From Chloroflexota bacterium (GTDB taxonomy: Bacteria > Chloroflexota > Limnocylindria > QHBO01), in NCBI GenBank assembly GCA_040877645.1, contig JBBDNI010000049.1:632-64631 (forward strand): a DNA stretch of 64,000 nucleotides. Direction: 5' to 3'. A program made the position numbers and the translations under genes. Shown in pieces: positions 37,394-46,369 of this stretch; the first letter of the stretch is position 1; each line of letters starts with the position of its first letter. The notes beneath the pieces were generated by a model. It saw nothing but the letters and a program-made list of their open reading frames with translations. It did not search any database and was not told the DNA's origin.

Positions 37394-38743
37394 CTAGTAG
37401 GTCACCGCTTCGGTCTCGCGCGCCGCCATGGTGTAGAAGCGGGTGTTGGTCTTGCGGAACTGGAGCGGGACCTCGCCGATCGGTCCGTTGCGATGCTTGG
37501 CGACCTTGGCCTTGATCAGCTCGACGTCGCTCTCCTGGTTGGCCTCTCCGTCGCGGTACAGGAAGATCACCACGTCAGCGTCCTGCTCGATAGATCCGCT
37601 TTCGCGAAGGTCACTGAGCCGCGGCTCCGCGCTGCCGCGCTGCTCCACGCCACGCGACAGCTGCGAGAGGGCGATCACCGGCACCTTGAGCTCGCGCGAC
37701 AGCTGCTTCAGCCCGCGGCTGATCTCGCTCACCTCCTGCACCCGGTTCGGCTCCTTGGCCGAGAAGCTGCCCTGCATCAGCTGCAGGTAGTCGACGATCA
37801 GCAGGTCCAGGCCGTGCTGCTCCGCCTCCAGCCGGCGCGCCTTGGTGCGCAGCTCCAGCACGGTGAGCACCGGCGAGTCGTCGATCCACATCGGCGCGGC
37901 GTGCATCAGGTTCATCACCTGGGCGATCTTGCTCCAGTCCGTCTCGTCGACGAAGCCGCTCTGCAGGGGGCGTGGATTGATCCCCGATTCGGCCGAGAGG
38001 AGCCGCAGAGCGAGCTGCTCCTTGCTCATCTCGAGCGAGAACACGCCGACCTTCTTGCCCTCGTGGACCGCGGCGTGCTGCGCGATGTTGAGCGCCAGGC
38101 TCGTCTTGCCGACGCTCGGCCGGGCCGCCAGGATGATCAGATCCGACGGCTGGAATCCGCCGAGCAGCGCATCGAGCTGCGAGAGGCCGCTCGGGATGCC
38201 CAGGATCTGGCCGCGATGCTCGTGCAGGTACTCGAGCCGGTCGTAGGCCTGGCCGAGGAGGGTGGCCAGCGACTCGAAGCCGCCCACCGTTCGGCGCTGG
38301 CTGATCTCGAACAGGATCCCCTCGGCGCGGTCGATCGCCGCCTCGGCGTCATTCGCCTCCTCGTACCCGACCGCCGCGATCTTGCCGGCTGCGCCGATCA
38401 AATTGCGCAGCACCGCCTTGCGTTCGACGATGCGGCCGTAGTGCTCGACATGGACCGCGGTCGGCACCGCGTTCATGAGGCTCGCCAGGTAGGCCGGTCC
38501 GCCGATCGGCTCGAGTCGGTCCCGGCGCCCCAGCTCGTCCCCGAGCGTCACCAGGTCGATCGGCTCGCGCTGGCCGTGCAGGCCCAGCATCGCCTCGTAG
38601 ATATCGGCGTGCTGCTGCCGGTAGAAGTCGGCCGGATGCAGGAACTCGGCAACCTTGAGGATCGCCTCAGGGTCGATCAGGATCGAGCCCAGGACGCTCT
38701 GCTCGGCTTCGACGGCCTGGGGCGCGAGTTTGTCGATGCTCAT
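37394..38743 (-). CDS. dnaB: Replicative DNA helicase
   Basis: 449 aa with the DnaB N-terminal domain and a RecA-like core (Walker A GKTSLALNIAQH). No intein is present. Confidence 0.9.
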   Translation of the reverse strand: MSIDKLAPQAVEAEQSVLGSILIDPEAILKVAEFLHPADFYRQQHADIYEAMLGLHGQREPIDLVTLGDELGRRDRLEPIGGPAYLASLMNAVPTAVHVEHYGRIVERKAVLRNLIGAAGKIAAVGYEEANDAEAAIDRAEGILFEISQRRTVGGFESLATLLGQAYDRLEYLHEHRGQILGIPSGLSQLDALLGGFQPSDLIILAARPSVGKTSLALNIAQHAAVHEGKKVGVFSLEMSKEQLALRLLSAESGINPRPLQSGFVDETDWSKIAQVMNLMHAAPMWIDDSPVLTVLELRTKARRLEAEQHGLDLLIVDYLQLMQGSFSAKEPNRVQEVSEISRGLKQLSRELKVPVIALSQLSRGVEQRGSAEPRLSDLRESGSIEQDADVVIFLYRDGEANQESDVELIKAKVAKHRNGPIGEVPLQFRKTNTRFYTMAARETEAVTY

Positions 38744-38979
38744 GGGGGCATCGCCAGACTACGGTCGTCGCGTCGCGCAGCGGGCCGGTTACCAACGCGC
38801 GTCGAGGCACTTTCCCACAGGCGGCGGGATTGGTCGGGGATAACTAGCCCGATCCTGTGGACGCGCCCGACGCAACCGGGCTGGCACCGCTGCCGTGGCC
38901 GCTGCATGCGTGCAGTCGACCAGCCCGATATGACAGGTTGGACGTCGCGGACGGCCTGGTCCGTGGCGCGGGTCGGGGT

Positions 38980-39380
38980 CTAGCGGCCCCAGTTCTCGGG
39001 CGGGGTCACGTGCTCACTGGCCTGGTTCCACGTGTCGCGCTGCTCGACGACGAGTCCGTCGGCGTCAAACCGAATGGTCGAGGTCCCGACCAGGCTGGTC
39101 TCGGCGCCATCCTCGAGGAGTGTGGCCCACCATTCGATCGACGCCCGCTGGCCTTCCACCACCGGCTCGGCGAACCAGGCGCGGACCCCGTCCTCCTCGC
39201 CGAAGGTGCGCACGAAGTAGCCGCGGACCTCGCCGATGCCACGCAACGGCTCGCGAAAGGGCTCACCTGCGTACGGCACGGGTCGGGGTGGTAGAGCGCG
39301 GCGACGGCCTCGACGTCCCTGGCCATCCAGCCGCTCAGCCAGGTGTCGGCCCAGCGTCGCGCCGCGTCGACTGCGTCCAT
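38980..39380 (-). pseudogene. SnoaL-like (NTF2 fold) protein disrupted by a frameshift near 39285
   Basis: The N-terminal half (MDAVDAARRWADTWLSGWMARDVEAVAALYHPD) is in one frame (track ORF 39006..39380). The C-terminal half (PYAGEPFREPLRGIGEVRGYFVRTF...) is in another (track ORF 38980..39279). Together they make one typical SnoaL polyketide-cyclase-like protein. Confidence 0.5.
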
Positions 39381-39383
39381 CGG

Positions 39384-39833
39384 TCAGGCCGGGAGGGCTA
39401 CCACGTTGATGGTGAGCTCGGCGTCCACGCCCGGCAACAGGCGGATGTCGGCCTTGAATTCGCCGAGGGTCTTGATCGGCTCACGCAGGTGAATCGCGTG
39501 GCGGTCGACCTCGATCCCCTCCTTCGCGATCAGCTCGGCGATCTCGCGGTTGGTGACCGAGCCGAAGAGCCGATTCTTCTCGCCCGCCTTGACGGCCACC
39601 TCGAGCTTCAGCTCTCGCAGTCGCTCAGCCTGGGCTTCGGCATCGGTGCGCAGGCCCAGCTCGCGCGCCTCGCGCTCGCCGCGGTGGCGCTCCCAATTGG
39701 CGAGCGCCCCGGCATCGGCGATCGCCGCCGCACCGCTCGGCAGCAGAAGGTTGCGCGCATAGCCGTTCTTCACGTCCTTGACGTCGCCGGCGTGGCCGAG
39801 GCCCTTCACGTCCCGCTTGAGGATCACCTTCAT
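39384..39833 (-). CDS. rplI: 50S ribosomal protein L9
   Basis: MKVILKRDVKGLGHAGDVKDVKNGYARNLLLP, 149 aa. Confidence 0.9.
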   Translation of the reverse strand: MKVILKRDVKGLGHAGDVKDVKNGYARNLLLPSGAAAIADAGALANWERHRGEREARELGLRTDAEAQAERLRELKLEVAVKAGEKNRLFGSVTNREIAELIAKEGIEVDRHAIHLREPIKTLGEFKADIRLLPGVDAELTINVVALPA

Positions 39834-39859
39834 GCTGTCAGCCGGTCCCTTTCCGTTGG

Positions 39860-40426
39860 CTAGTTGAGCTGCGCATCGCCGCGCCCGCCGGCGACCTGCA
39901 GCTCCAAGTTGTCGTCGAGCGCGTCGGTCGTGTCGGTGGATGCCGCATCGGCCACTCGTGAGTCGCCGGTTCGTGTGGTGCGCAGCTTTGCCAGCAGCTT
40001 CTTCACCGCGCGTGGGTCGCGCAGGTCGCCATAGCGCTCCAGCAGCTCAGGCAGGCTGTCGCGGATCTGGTCGTAGCGATCGCCCATCAGCGAGCGGAGC
40101 CGGGCGAGGTCGCGGTCGAGATCGGCGGTGCCATTCTTGGCCCGCTCCAAGTGGTCCTTGCGGACCTCAGCCGGCGCATTGGCGATGAACAGGTCCAGGA
40201 CCAGCATCAGGACGGTCAGGTCATCCGCCTGGCCCAGGATCGGGATCGCGTCGGGGATCAGGTCGAACGGCACGACCAGGTAGACGAGCGCCGCGCCAAG
40301 CAACGCCTTCAGGTGCACGGGCGTGCGCGGGTCGCGGACGATGCCCCAGATGACGCGCGCGTACATCGGGAGCTTCCAGATCAGGCGTGCCATGCGCACG
40401 GTGCGCCATCGGCCGGAGATGTTCAC
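39860..40426 (-). CDS. DUF1232 (YkvA-like) membrane protein
   Basis: Conserved VPFDLIPDAIPILGQADDL motif. Confidence 0.7.
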   Translation of the reverse strand: MNISGRWRTVRMARLIWKLPMYARVIWGIVRDPRTPVHLKALLGAALVYLVVPFDLIPDAIPILGQADDLTVLMLVLDLFIANAPAEVRKDHLERAKNGTADLDRDLARLRSLMGDRYDQIRDSLPELLERYGDLRDPRAVKKLLAKLRTTRTGDSRVADAASTDTTDALDDNLELQVAGGRGDAQLN

Positions 40427-40487
40427 GGGGAGCCTCCGGGTTCCAATCGGGGTGGGGGCCGATGATAACAGGCCACCGGTCCCATGG

Positions 40488-40517
40488 TTGACATTAGAAC
40501 GTCTGTTCTGCTACGGT
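40488..40517 (+). promoter_or_regulatory. lexA promoter (-35 TTGACA) with an embedded LexA Cheo box AGAACGTCTGTTCT (about 40496-40509)
   Basis: TTGACA, an 18-nt spacer, then TACGGT. The spacer contains GAAC-N4-GTTC, the Gram-positive/actinobacterial LexA consensus. It lies 45 nt upstream of the lexA TTG start. Confidence 0.7.
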
Positions 40518-40553
40518 GCTCGCGATGTCCCTGCACCGCAAAGGAGCCGCCCG

Positions 40554-41237
40554 TTGACCAGGCATGACGCCGAGCGTCGCAGGAAGATCCTGGACTGCAT
40601 CGCCCGCACCGTGGCGGAGCGAGGCTATCCGCCCAGCGTCCGCGAGATTGCCGAGGCTGTCGGCCTCGCGTCCCCGTCCGCGGTGCACCACCACCTGACC
40701 GCCCTCGAGCGCGACGGGCTGCTCGAGCGCGGCTCCCATTCGTCGCGCGCTGTGCGCCTCACGGTCCGGGGCGAGGCCGAGCTGGGACTCCCGGCGCGGC
40801 GGCCGGTGCCGGCCGAACGGAGCCGGGTGACGCCATTCCGGATGCCGATCGAGCGAGACTACCTGGCCCTGCCGGTCGTGGGCGAGATCGCCGCCGGCCA
40901 GCCGATCGAGGCGTATGCCGAGGGAGCCGAGACGCTCGACGTTCCGCGCACGATCCAGGCCCGCGACGACTCGTATGTCCTGCGGGTGCGGGGCAAGAGC
41001 ATGATCGACGCGCTGATCGACGATGGCGACTACGTCGTCGTCCAACCCCAGGCCACCGCGACCGACGGCGACATCGTGGTCGCGCTGCTCGAGGACAACG
41101 GCGTGACGCTGAAGCGCTTCTATCGCGAGAAGGACCGCATCCGACTCCAGCCCGCGAACGCCGAGATGGAGCCGATCTACGCGTCCGACGTCCAGATCCA
41201 GGGCAAGGTGGTCGGGGTCATCCGCAAGCTGAGCTGA
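40554..41237 (+). CDS. lexA: LexA repressor
   Basis: 227 aa from a TTG with AAAGGAG 7 nt upstream. Winged HTH (SVREIAEAVGLASPSAVHHHLTALERDGLL), S24 peptidase Ser/Lys dyad (RVRGKSM, LKRF) and cleavage site VVGEIAAG. Confidence 0.9.
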   Translation: MTRHDAERRRKILDCIARTVAERGYPPSVREIAEAVGLASPSAVHHHLTALERDGLLERGSHSSRAVRLTVRGEAELGLPARRPVPAERSRVTPFRMPIERDYLALPVVGEIAAGQPIEAYAEGAETLDVPRTIQARDDSYVLRVRGKSMIDALIDDGDYVVVQPQATATDGDIVVALLEDNGVTLKRFYREKDRIRLQPANAEMEPIYASDVQIQGKVVGVIRKLS

Positions 41238-41294
41238 GCCACACCCATTGACCGATGGCCGCCCGCCGGCGGCCAGTACGCTGGTGGCGTAACG

Positions 41295-42503
41295 ATGCGC
41301 ACCATCCTGCACGCCGACCTGGACGCGTTCTACGCCAGCGTCGAGGTGCTCGACGACCCATCACTGCGCGGCACGCCGGTCATCGTCGGTGGTGACCGCG
41401 GAACGCGTGGCGTAGTGATGGCGGCCTCGTACGAGGCCCGCAAATTCGGCGTCCACTCGGCAATGCCGCTGCGCACCGCCGCCAGCCTGTGCCCCACCGG
41501 CGTCTTCCTCCCCGGCCGGCCGGACCGCTATCGGGAGCTGTCGATCCAGGTGATGCGCATCTTCGCCTCATTCACGCCGATGGTCGAACCGATCAGCCTC
41601 GACGAGGCGTTCCTCGACGTCACCGGCAGCCTGGCCGTCTTCGGCGACGGCGAGACGATTGGGCGGCGCATCAAGGAGCGGGTGCTGGACGAGGCCGGAC
41701 TGGTGGTGAGCGTCGGCGTGGCGACTAACAAGCTGTGCGCCAAGGTGGCGTCGGACCTGCGCAAGCCCGATGCCCTGGTCATCGTCCCGCGCGGAGGCGA
41801 AGCGGAATTCCTGGCCCCGCTGCCGGTCAGCCGGCTGTGGGGCGTCGGCCCGCAGTCGCGGCAGGCGCTGGCCGACTATGGCGTCACGACCATCGGCCAG
41901 CTGGCGGGGCTGCCCGAGGGAACCTTGCGCCGTCGGTTCGGCACCCACGGCCTCGACCTCGCGGCACGAGCGCGCGGGATCGATCCGTCACCGGTGGTCA
42001 CCAGCCAGGCACCGAAGTCGATCGGTCACGAGCTGACGTTCGACCGCGACGTGTTCGATCGGGCACGCCTCGAGGCGACCCTGCTCGACCTGGCGGAGTC
42101 GGTGGCCAGCCGGCTGCGCAACCACCACATGGCGGCCGGAGCGGTGCAGCTCAAGCTGCGCTACGAGGGCTTCGAGACGCTGACACGGCAGATGGGCGTC
42201 CCGCGCCAGACCCGCGAGTCGGAGCCGATCTACGCCGCCGGCGTCGCCCTGCTGCGCAAGACGCTGGTCCGCGATCGCGCCGTGCGGCTGATCGGCCTGA
42301 CCGCCATCAACCTGACCGATGCCCAGCAGCTGACCCTGTTCGACGCCCCTGACAAGACCGATCGGATCACCAGGTCGATCGACGCGGTGCGCGAGCGCTT
42401 CGGCGACAAGGCGATCACCCGGGCGCGGCTGATCGGGCACCGCGACAAGCGCCGCTTCGACTTCGGGGAGCGACCCGAGGCACCAACCGACGACGAGCGA
42501 TGA
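41295..42503 (+). CDS. dinB: DNA polymerase IV (Y-family)
   Basis: MRTILHADLDAFYASVEVLDDPSLRGTPVIVGG...SLDEAFLDVTGS, 402 aa. Confidence 0.9.
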   Translation: MRTILHADLDAFYASVEVLDDPSLRGTPVIVGGDRGTRGVVMAASYEARKFGVHSAMPLRTAASLCPTGVFLPGRPDRYRELSIQVMRIFASFTPMVEPISLDEAFLDVTGSLAVFGDGETIGRRIKERVLDEAGLVVSVGVATNKLCAKVASDLRKPDALVIVPRGGEAEFLAPLPVSRLWGVGPQSRQALADYGVTTIGQLAGLPEGTLRRRFGTHGLDLAARARGIDPSPVVTSQAPKSIGHELTFDRDVFDRARLEATLLDLAESVASRLRNHHMAAGAVQLKLRYEGFETLTRQMGVPRQTRESEPIYAAGVALLRKTLVRDRAVRLIGLTAINLTDAQQLTLFDAPDKTDRITRSIDAVRERFGDKAITRARLIGHRDKRRFDFGERPEAPTDDER

Positions 42504-42508
42504 GGGTC

Positions 42509-42561
42509 TTGACATATCGAACAGATGTTCATATGCTCCACTCACATAGAACGCCTGTTCG
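42509..42561 (+). promoter_or_regulatory. Promoter (-35 TTGACA, 17-nt spacer, -10 TATGCT) with two tandem LexA Cheo boxes: TCGAACAGATGTTC in the spacer and AGAACGCCTGTTCG at about +10
   Basis: Both elements match GAAC-N4-GTTC perfectly, 17 nt apart. They lie 40-85 nt upstream of the ATG at 42601. Confidence 0.7.
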
Positions 42562-42600
42562 GTGCCCGAGGAGGCGGCGTGAAGGAGCAGAAGAAGAGAG

Positions 42601-42861
42601 ATGGCACTCACCAAGATCACGCCGACCACCGCGCATGTCCGCTGGGATCGTGCGCGCGGGCGACCCGCCGCGGTCCGCGTCGGCGGCCGCCAGCTGATCG
42701 TCACCGAGCTCGACGCCGTGCGTGACGAGACAGCCGCCTACCCCGCCGATCGCGGGCCCCGTATCACCTACATCGTGGAGACGGACGCGGGCCAGGCCTC
42801 ACTCGTCTACGACGAGCGCCGGCGCCGCTGGTTCGTCGACGCGCTCGACGAGGCAGCCTGA
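42601..42861 (+). CDS. Small hypothetical protein (86 aa), predicted SOS-inducible
   Basis: The ORF follows the dual-LexA-box promoter, with GAAGGAG 13 nt upstream. The product is soluble, has no TM segment and matches no family I recognise (MALTKITPTTAHVRWDRARGRPAAVRVGGRQLIVTELDAVRDE...). Confidence 0.5.
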   Translation: MALTKITPTTAHVRWDRARGRPAAVRVGGRQLIVTELDAVRDETAAYPADRGPRITYIVETDAGQASLVYDERRRRWFVDALDEAA

Positions 42862-42864
42862 GAC

Positions 42865-43716
42865 TCAGTCGACAGGCGCTGACTCCACGACCCAGAGCGG
42901 CTGCCCGTCGCCGGCCACGACCCGAATGGCGTCGCCGCCCGGGTCGGTGAGGCTGGTGTGGACCAGGCGAACGCGGCGGCCGTCGAGCTCGGCAATCGGG
43001 CCGGCCACCGGGGACAGGTCGAAGGTGAAGGCCCAGGCCCGCACCTGGTCGTGGATACGGCGAGCCGGCTGGCTCCAATCGACGGTGGCGTAGTCCTCGC
43101 CGAAGTGCCCGGCCCAGGTGATCCCCTCGGTCGACTGCGGGTCGCCGGGGTCGCCGGCCGCGAGGCGCCGGAAGACCTCGGGCAGCAGGCCGAGCGCGAT
43201 CGCGCCCATGCGTGGGCCAACGACGTCGATGCCGTGGTCGTCGTCGAGCATCGGCACCGGCGCCTGCGCCAGGATCGCCCCGGTGTCGAGGTCGGCGTCC
43301 ATCCGATGCCAGGTCACCCCGAACTGGCCGTCGCCATCGCGGAAGGCCCAGGCCATCGGGATCGGCCCACGATGACGCGGGAGCATCGCCGGATGGCAGT
43401 TGACCGAGCCGAGCGGCGGGACCTCGAGCGCTGACTGCGGGATGCGCCACGGAAAGCCCCAGCACAGCGCCAGGTCCGGGCGGGTTGCGCGCAGCAGCGG
43501 CTCCACGGACCATTTGTCGCGCGCCAGCAGCACGTCGACGCCCGCCGGGGCAGTCTCGTCCCCCATCGGCTGGCGTCCCGCGGGAGCCGGCTGCCGGCGA
43601 CGCGCGCTGATGACCGCCACCGGGTCGTGGCCGAGCTGCTGGAGGAAGGGGACCATGGCGTGGGCCACCGGCGGCACGGTGGTGATCAGGGCGATGCGCC
43701 AGCCGGTCTCCTTCAT
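42865..43716 (-). CDS. Formyltransferase family protein (Fmt/PurN-like, both domains)
   Basis: 283 aa. The N-terminal formyl-transferase fold includes SVNCHPAMLPRHRGPIPMAWAFRDGD (cf. HxSLLPxxRG), followed by the C-terminal Fmt-like domain. Confidence 0.65.
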   Translation of the reverse strand: MKETGWRIALITTVPPVAHAMVPFLQQLGHDPVAVISARRRQPAPAGRQPMGDETAPAGVDVLLARDKWSVEPLLRATRPDLALCWGFPWRIPQSALEVPPLGSVNCHPAMLPRHRGPIPMAWAFRDGDGQFGVTWHRMDADLDTGAILAQAPVPMLDDDHGIDVVGPRMGAIALGLLPEVFRRLAAGDPGDPQSTEGITWAGHFGEDYATVDWSQPARRIHDQVRAWAFTFDLSPVAGPIAELDGRRVRLVHTSLTDPGGDAIRVVAGDGQPLWVVESAPVD

Positions 43717-43802
43717 GGCTTTCGGAGTCTAGCCCGTACAATCCGGGCCACGGCATTCCCATGCGGGGCCCCCTCCCGCACTGCGCACGAGGCACTTCGC
43801 CG

Positions 43803-44453
43803 ATGGGCGATACCACCCGACTCACCGATCTCACCGTCCGCGACCTCACCGAGCGCCTGGCGAGCCGCGAGCCGATCCCCGGTGGCGGCAGCGCGTCGGC
43901 GCTTGCCGGTGCGTTGGGTGCCGCCCTGGTCGCCATGGTGGCCGAGCTGTCCATCGGTCGACCGGAGTCGGTTGAGCACGAGGTTGCCGCTCGCGAGCTG
44001 CTGACCGCCGGGCAGCAGCGCTGCACCGAGCTCCTCGAGCTGGCCGAGCAGGATGCGGCCGCGTACCAGGCGGTCGTCAACGCGCGCCGCCTCCCCAAGG
44101 ACTCCGAGGCCGACCGCGAAATTCGGACCGCAGCGTTGTCATTCGCAATGGTCGAAGCGGCCCGGGTGCCACTCCAGACCGCAACCGTCGCCGCCGAGGT
44201 GCTCGACCTGGCGGAACGGATCGCGTCGATCGGCAACCGGAACGCGGTCAGCGACGCAGGCGTCGCGGCCCAGCTCGCCGTTGCCGCCTTCCGTGGCGCG
44301 CTGCTGAACGTGCAGATCAACCTGCCGTACCTGCCTGACGACCATCCGCTGCGCCACTCCGCGCCGGGGGAGATTGCGCGCCTCGAGGGACTCGCCGCAG
44401 AGCGCGCGGACGGAGCGATGGCAGCGGTCAACGCACGGATGGTGGCCGCGTGA
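43803..44453 (+). CDS. Formimidoyltetrahydrofolate cyclodeaminase / methenyl-THF cyclohydrolase family (FtcD C-terminal-domain-like)
   Basis: 216 aa, all-helical cyclodeaminase fold (LASREPIPGGGSASALAGALGAALVAMVAELSIG...NVQINLPYL). The stop overlaps the folD start. Confidence 0.7.
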   Translation: MGDTTRLTDLTVRDLTERLASREPIPGGGSASALAGALGAALVAMVAELSIGRPESVEHEVAARELLTAGQQRCTELLELAEQDAAAYQAVVNARRLPKDSEADREIRTAALSFAMVEAARVPLQTATVAAEVLDLAERIASIGNRNAVSDAGVAAQLAVAAFRGALLNVQINLPYLPDDHPLRHSAPGEIARLEGLAAERADGAMAAVNARMVAA

Positions 44454-45370
44454 GCGCCAAGATCCTGGACGGCCGGACCGTGGCGTCGCGCCTGTGGCGC
44501 GATCTGTCGGACCGCATCGCCGACCTGCACGAACGAACCGGAGCCACGCCGCGCCTCGCGATCGTTCGCCTCGACGCCCGCGGCCCGTCGGCCGTCTACG
44601 CGGCCAGCGTCTGGCGCGCGGCGCGCAGCGTGGGGGTCGATGCATTCGAGGTAGCGCCACCGGAGGGCGTGACCCTCTCCGACCTGGCGGCTCGCATCGG
44701 CGCCCTCAACCGCGACCCGAGCATCGCCGGCATCGTGGTGGCGCAGCCGATCCCCGCCCACCTCGATTCGAACGCCGTGGTCGAGCTGATCGACCCGGCC
44801 AAGGACGTGGACGGCGCCACCCCGCTGAACGCCGGGCGGATCGCCCGCGGCGAGCGGACCTTCGTGCCCGCAACCGCCCTCGCGGTGATGGCCATCCTGC
44901 GCAGCTACGAGGTGCCCATCGCCGGGAAGCGAGCGGTCGTCATTGGTCGCTCCGCGGTGGTCGGTCGTCCGGCTGCTGCCCTGCTGCTGGCTGCCGACGC
45001 GACGGTGGTCATCTGCCATCGGCGCACCCGCAATCTCGCCCGCGAAACGCGGCGCGCCGAGATCCTGGTGGTCGCCGCCGGGGTGCCGAACCTCGTCCGC
45101 GCCGAGATGGTCAACCGCTCGGCGATCGTGATCGACTGCGGCATCAACACCACGCCGGAGGGGATCGTGGGCGACGTCGAGTTCGCGACCGTCCGCCCGG
45201 TGGTGACCGCCATCACCCCGGTTCCGGGGGGCGTGGGGCCGGTGACGACCATGATCCTGCTGCAGCAGACGGTCGATGCCGCCGAGCGCGCGGAGTCAGA
45301 CGACGAGCCCGCGCTGGACCGATACGCCCTGCCCGACCTCAGCTCGGTGCCGATCCGGACCGAACGCTAA
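44450..45370 (+). CDS. folD: Bifunctional methylene-THF dehydrogenase / methenyl-THF cyclohydrolase
   Basis: MSAKILDGRTVAS...RLAIVRLD..., GIVVAQPIP, VVIGRSAVVGRPAA; 306 aa. Confidence 0.9.
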   Translation: MSAKILDGRTVASRLWRDLSDRIADLHERTGATPRLAIVRLDARGPSAVYAASVWRAARSVGVDAFEVAPPEGVTLSDLAARIGALNRDPSIAGIVVAQPIPAHLDSNAVVELIDPAKDVDGATPLNAGRIARGERTFVPATALAVMAILRSYEVPIAGKRAVVIGRSAVVGRPAAALLLAADATVVICHRRTRNLARETRRAEILVVAAGVPNLVRAEMVNRSAIVIDCGINTTPEGIVGDVEFATVRPVVTAITPVPGGVGPVTTMILLQQTVDAAERAESDDEPALDRYALPDLSSVPIRTER

Positions 45371-45373
45371 CGC

Positions 45374-46357
45374 TCAGACATCCGTGGAGAGCACGTCGGT
45401 GAGCATCTCCCCGAGCGGTATCGAGCCATCGATGAAGCCGAGGCTCCGCATTGTCTCGTAACCGCTGACCCAGACCGATGTGTTGATGAGGCCCGTCAGC
45501 GGGCCCGACCCACCGCCCCAGAGATCGACGGTCGCCTCCAACACGGCCAGGGCGGTCTCGCGATCCTCGCCGATGGCGGGCACCGCCGCCACCGCCGCAT
45601 CCAGCCCGAGCTGGGGGTCCTCCGCGATGGCCTGTTGTGCCCGCAGGGTTGCGCTGGCGAATGCGATCGCGAGCGAAGCGTCGGAGGAGAGCAAGTCGTC
45701 CCCGACGATCACGCCCGGACCCGGGAGCGGCGCGATCTCGTCGACCGTCAGCAACTCGACCTCCAACCCTTGCGCAGCGAGCCTGAGTGGCTCGTTGTTG
45801 CGAAAGCCGGTGATCAAGTCGACGTCGCCATTGAGCAGCCCCTCGACCTGGTTGAACTGCGGATAGGTGCGGATGGTGACGTCGTTGGGGGTCAGGCCGC
45901 CCGCCTCGAGGAGCGCCAGCAGCGCGTGCCAGGACGAGCCAAACTCCCCGGGTGTCCCGATCCGCATGCCAGCCAGTTCGGCAGGATCCGATGGGACCGT
46001 CCCCGTGGGGCCGATGAGCGCCACCGGGAAACGGTCGTACAGGGTCGAGATGTACTTCACCGGAATGCCCGACGTGCGCGCGATCATCACATCGGTCGCA
46101 TCGGCCACCCCGAACTCAGCCCGCCCGTCTGCTACCAACACCAGGACATCCGTGCTGTGCTTGATCGTCACATCCAGCCCGGCCTCTGCGAAGTAGCCGG
46201 CCTGCTGCGCCAGGTAGAAGGGCGCGAATTGCACATCCGGCCGGAAGCCGAGCAGCAGGGTGACCGGTCGGAGCGCGGCCGATGGGGACGGCGACGGGCT
46301 GGCACACGCGACCAGGAGCATGGCGATCAGCGGGATGGCGAGGCGGCGCGAGGGCAT
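45374..46357 (-). CDS. ABC transporter substrate-binding lipoprotein, NMT1/THI5 (NitT/TauT, ThiY-like) family
   Basis: Lipobox LLVACAS followed by a PSPSPS linker, then an SsuA/ThiY-like periplasmic binding fold. Confidence 0.75.
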   Translation of the reverse strand: MPSRRLAIPLIAMLLVACASPSPSPSAALRPVTLLLGFRPDVQFAPFYLAQQAGYFAEAGLDVTIKHSTDVLVLVADGRAEFGVADATDVMIARTSGIPVKYISTLYDRFPVALIGPTGTVPSDPAELAGMRIGTPGEFGSSWHALLALLEAGGLTPNDVTIRTYPQFNQVEGLLNGDVDLITGFRNNEPLRLAAQGLEVELLTVDEIAPLPGPGVIVGDDLLSSDASLAIAFASATLRAQQAIAEDPQLGLDAAVAAVPAIGEDRETALAVLEATVDLWGGGSGPLTGLINTSVWVSGYETMRSLGFIDGSIPLGEMLTDVLSTDV

Positions 46358-46369
46358 CGGTCTTCCTTT

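Noticed and set aside
37394-38743. A possible intein in dnaB, which is common in Actinobacteria.
   Set aside because: The protein is 449 aa with a contiguous helicase core. No insertion or Hint motifs are present.
40323-40553. The longer LexA ORF start (ATG at 40323) given by the track.
   Set aside because: That extension would overlap the promoter and LexA box and encode a non-conserved N-terminus. A TTG at 40554 with AAAGGAG gives a canonical 227-aa LexA.
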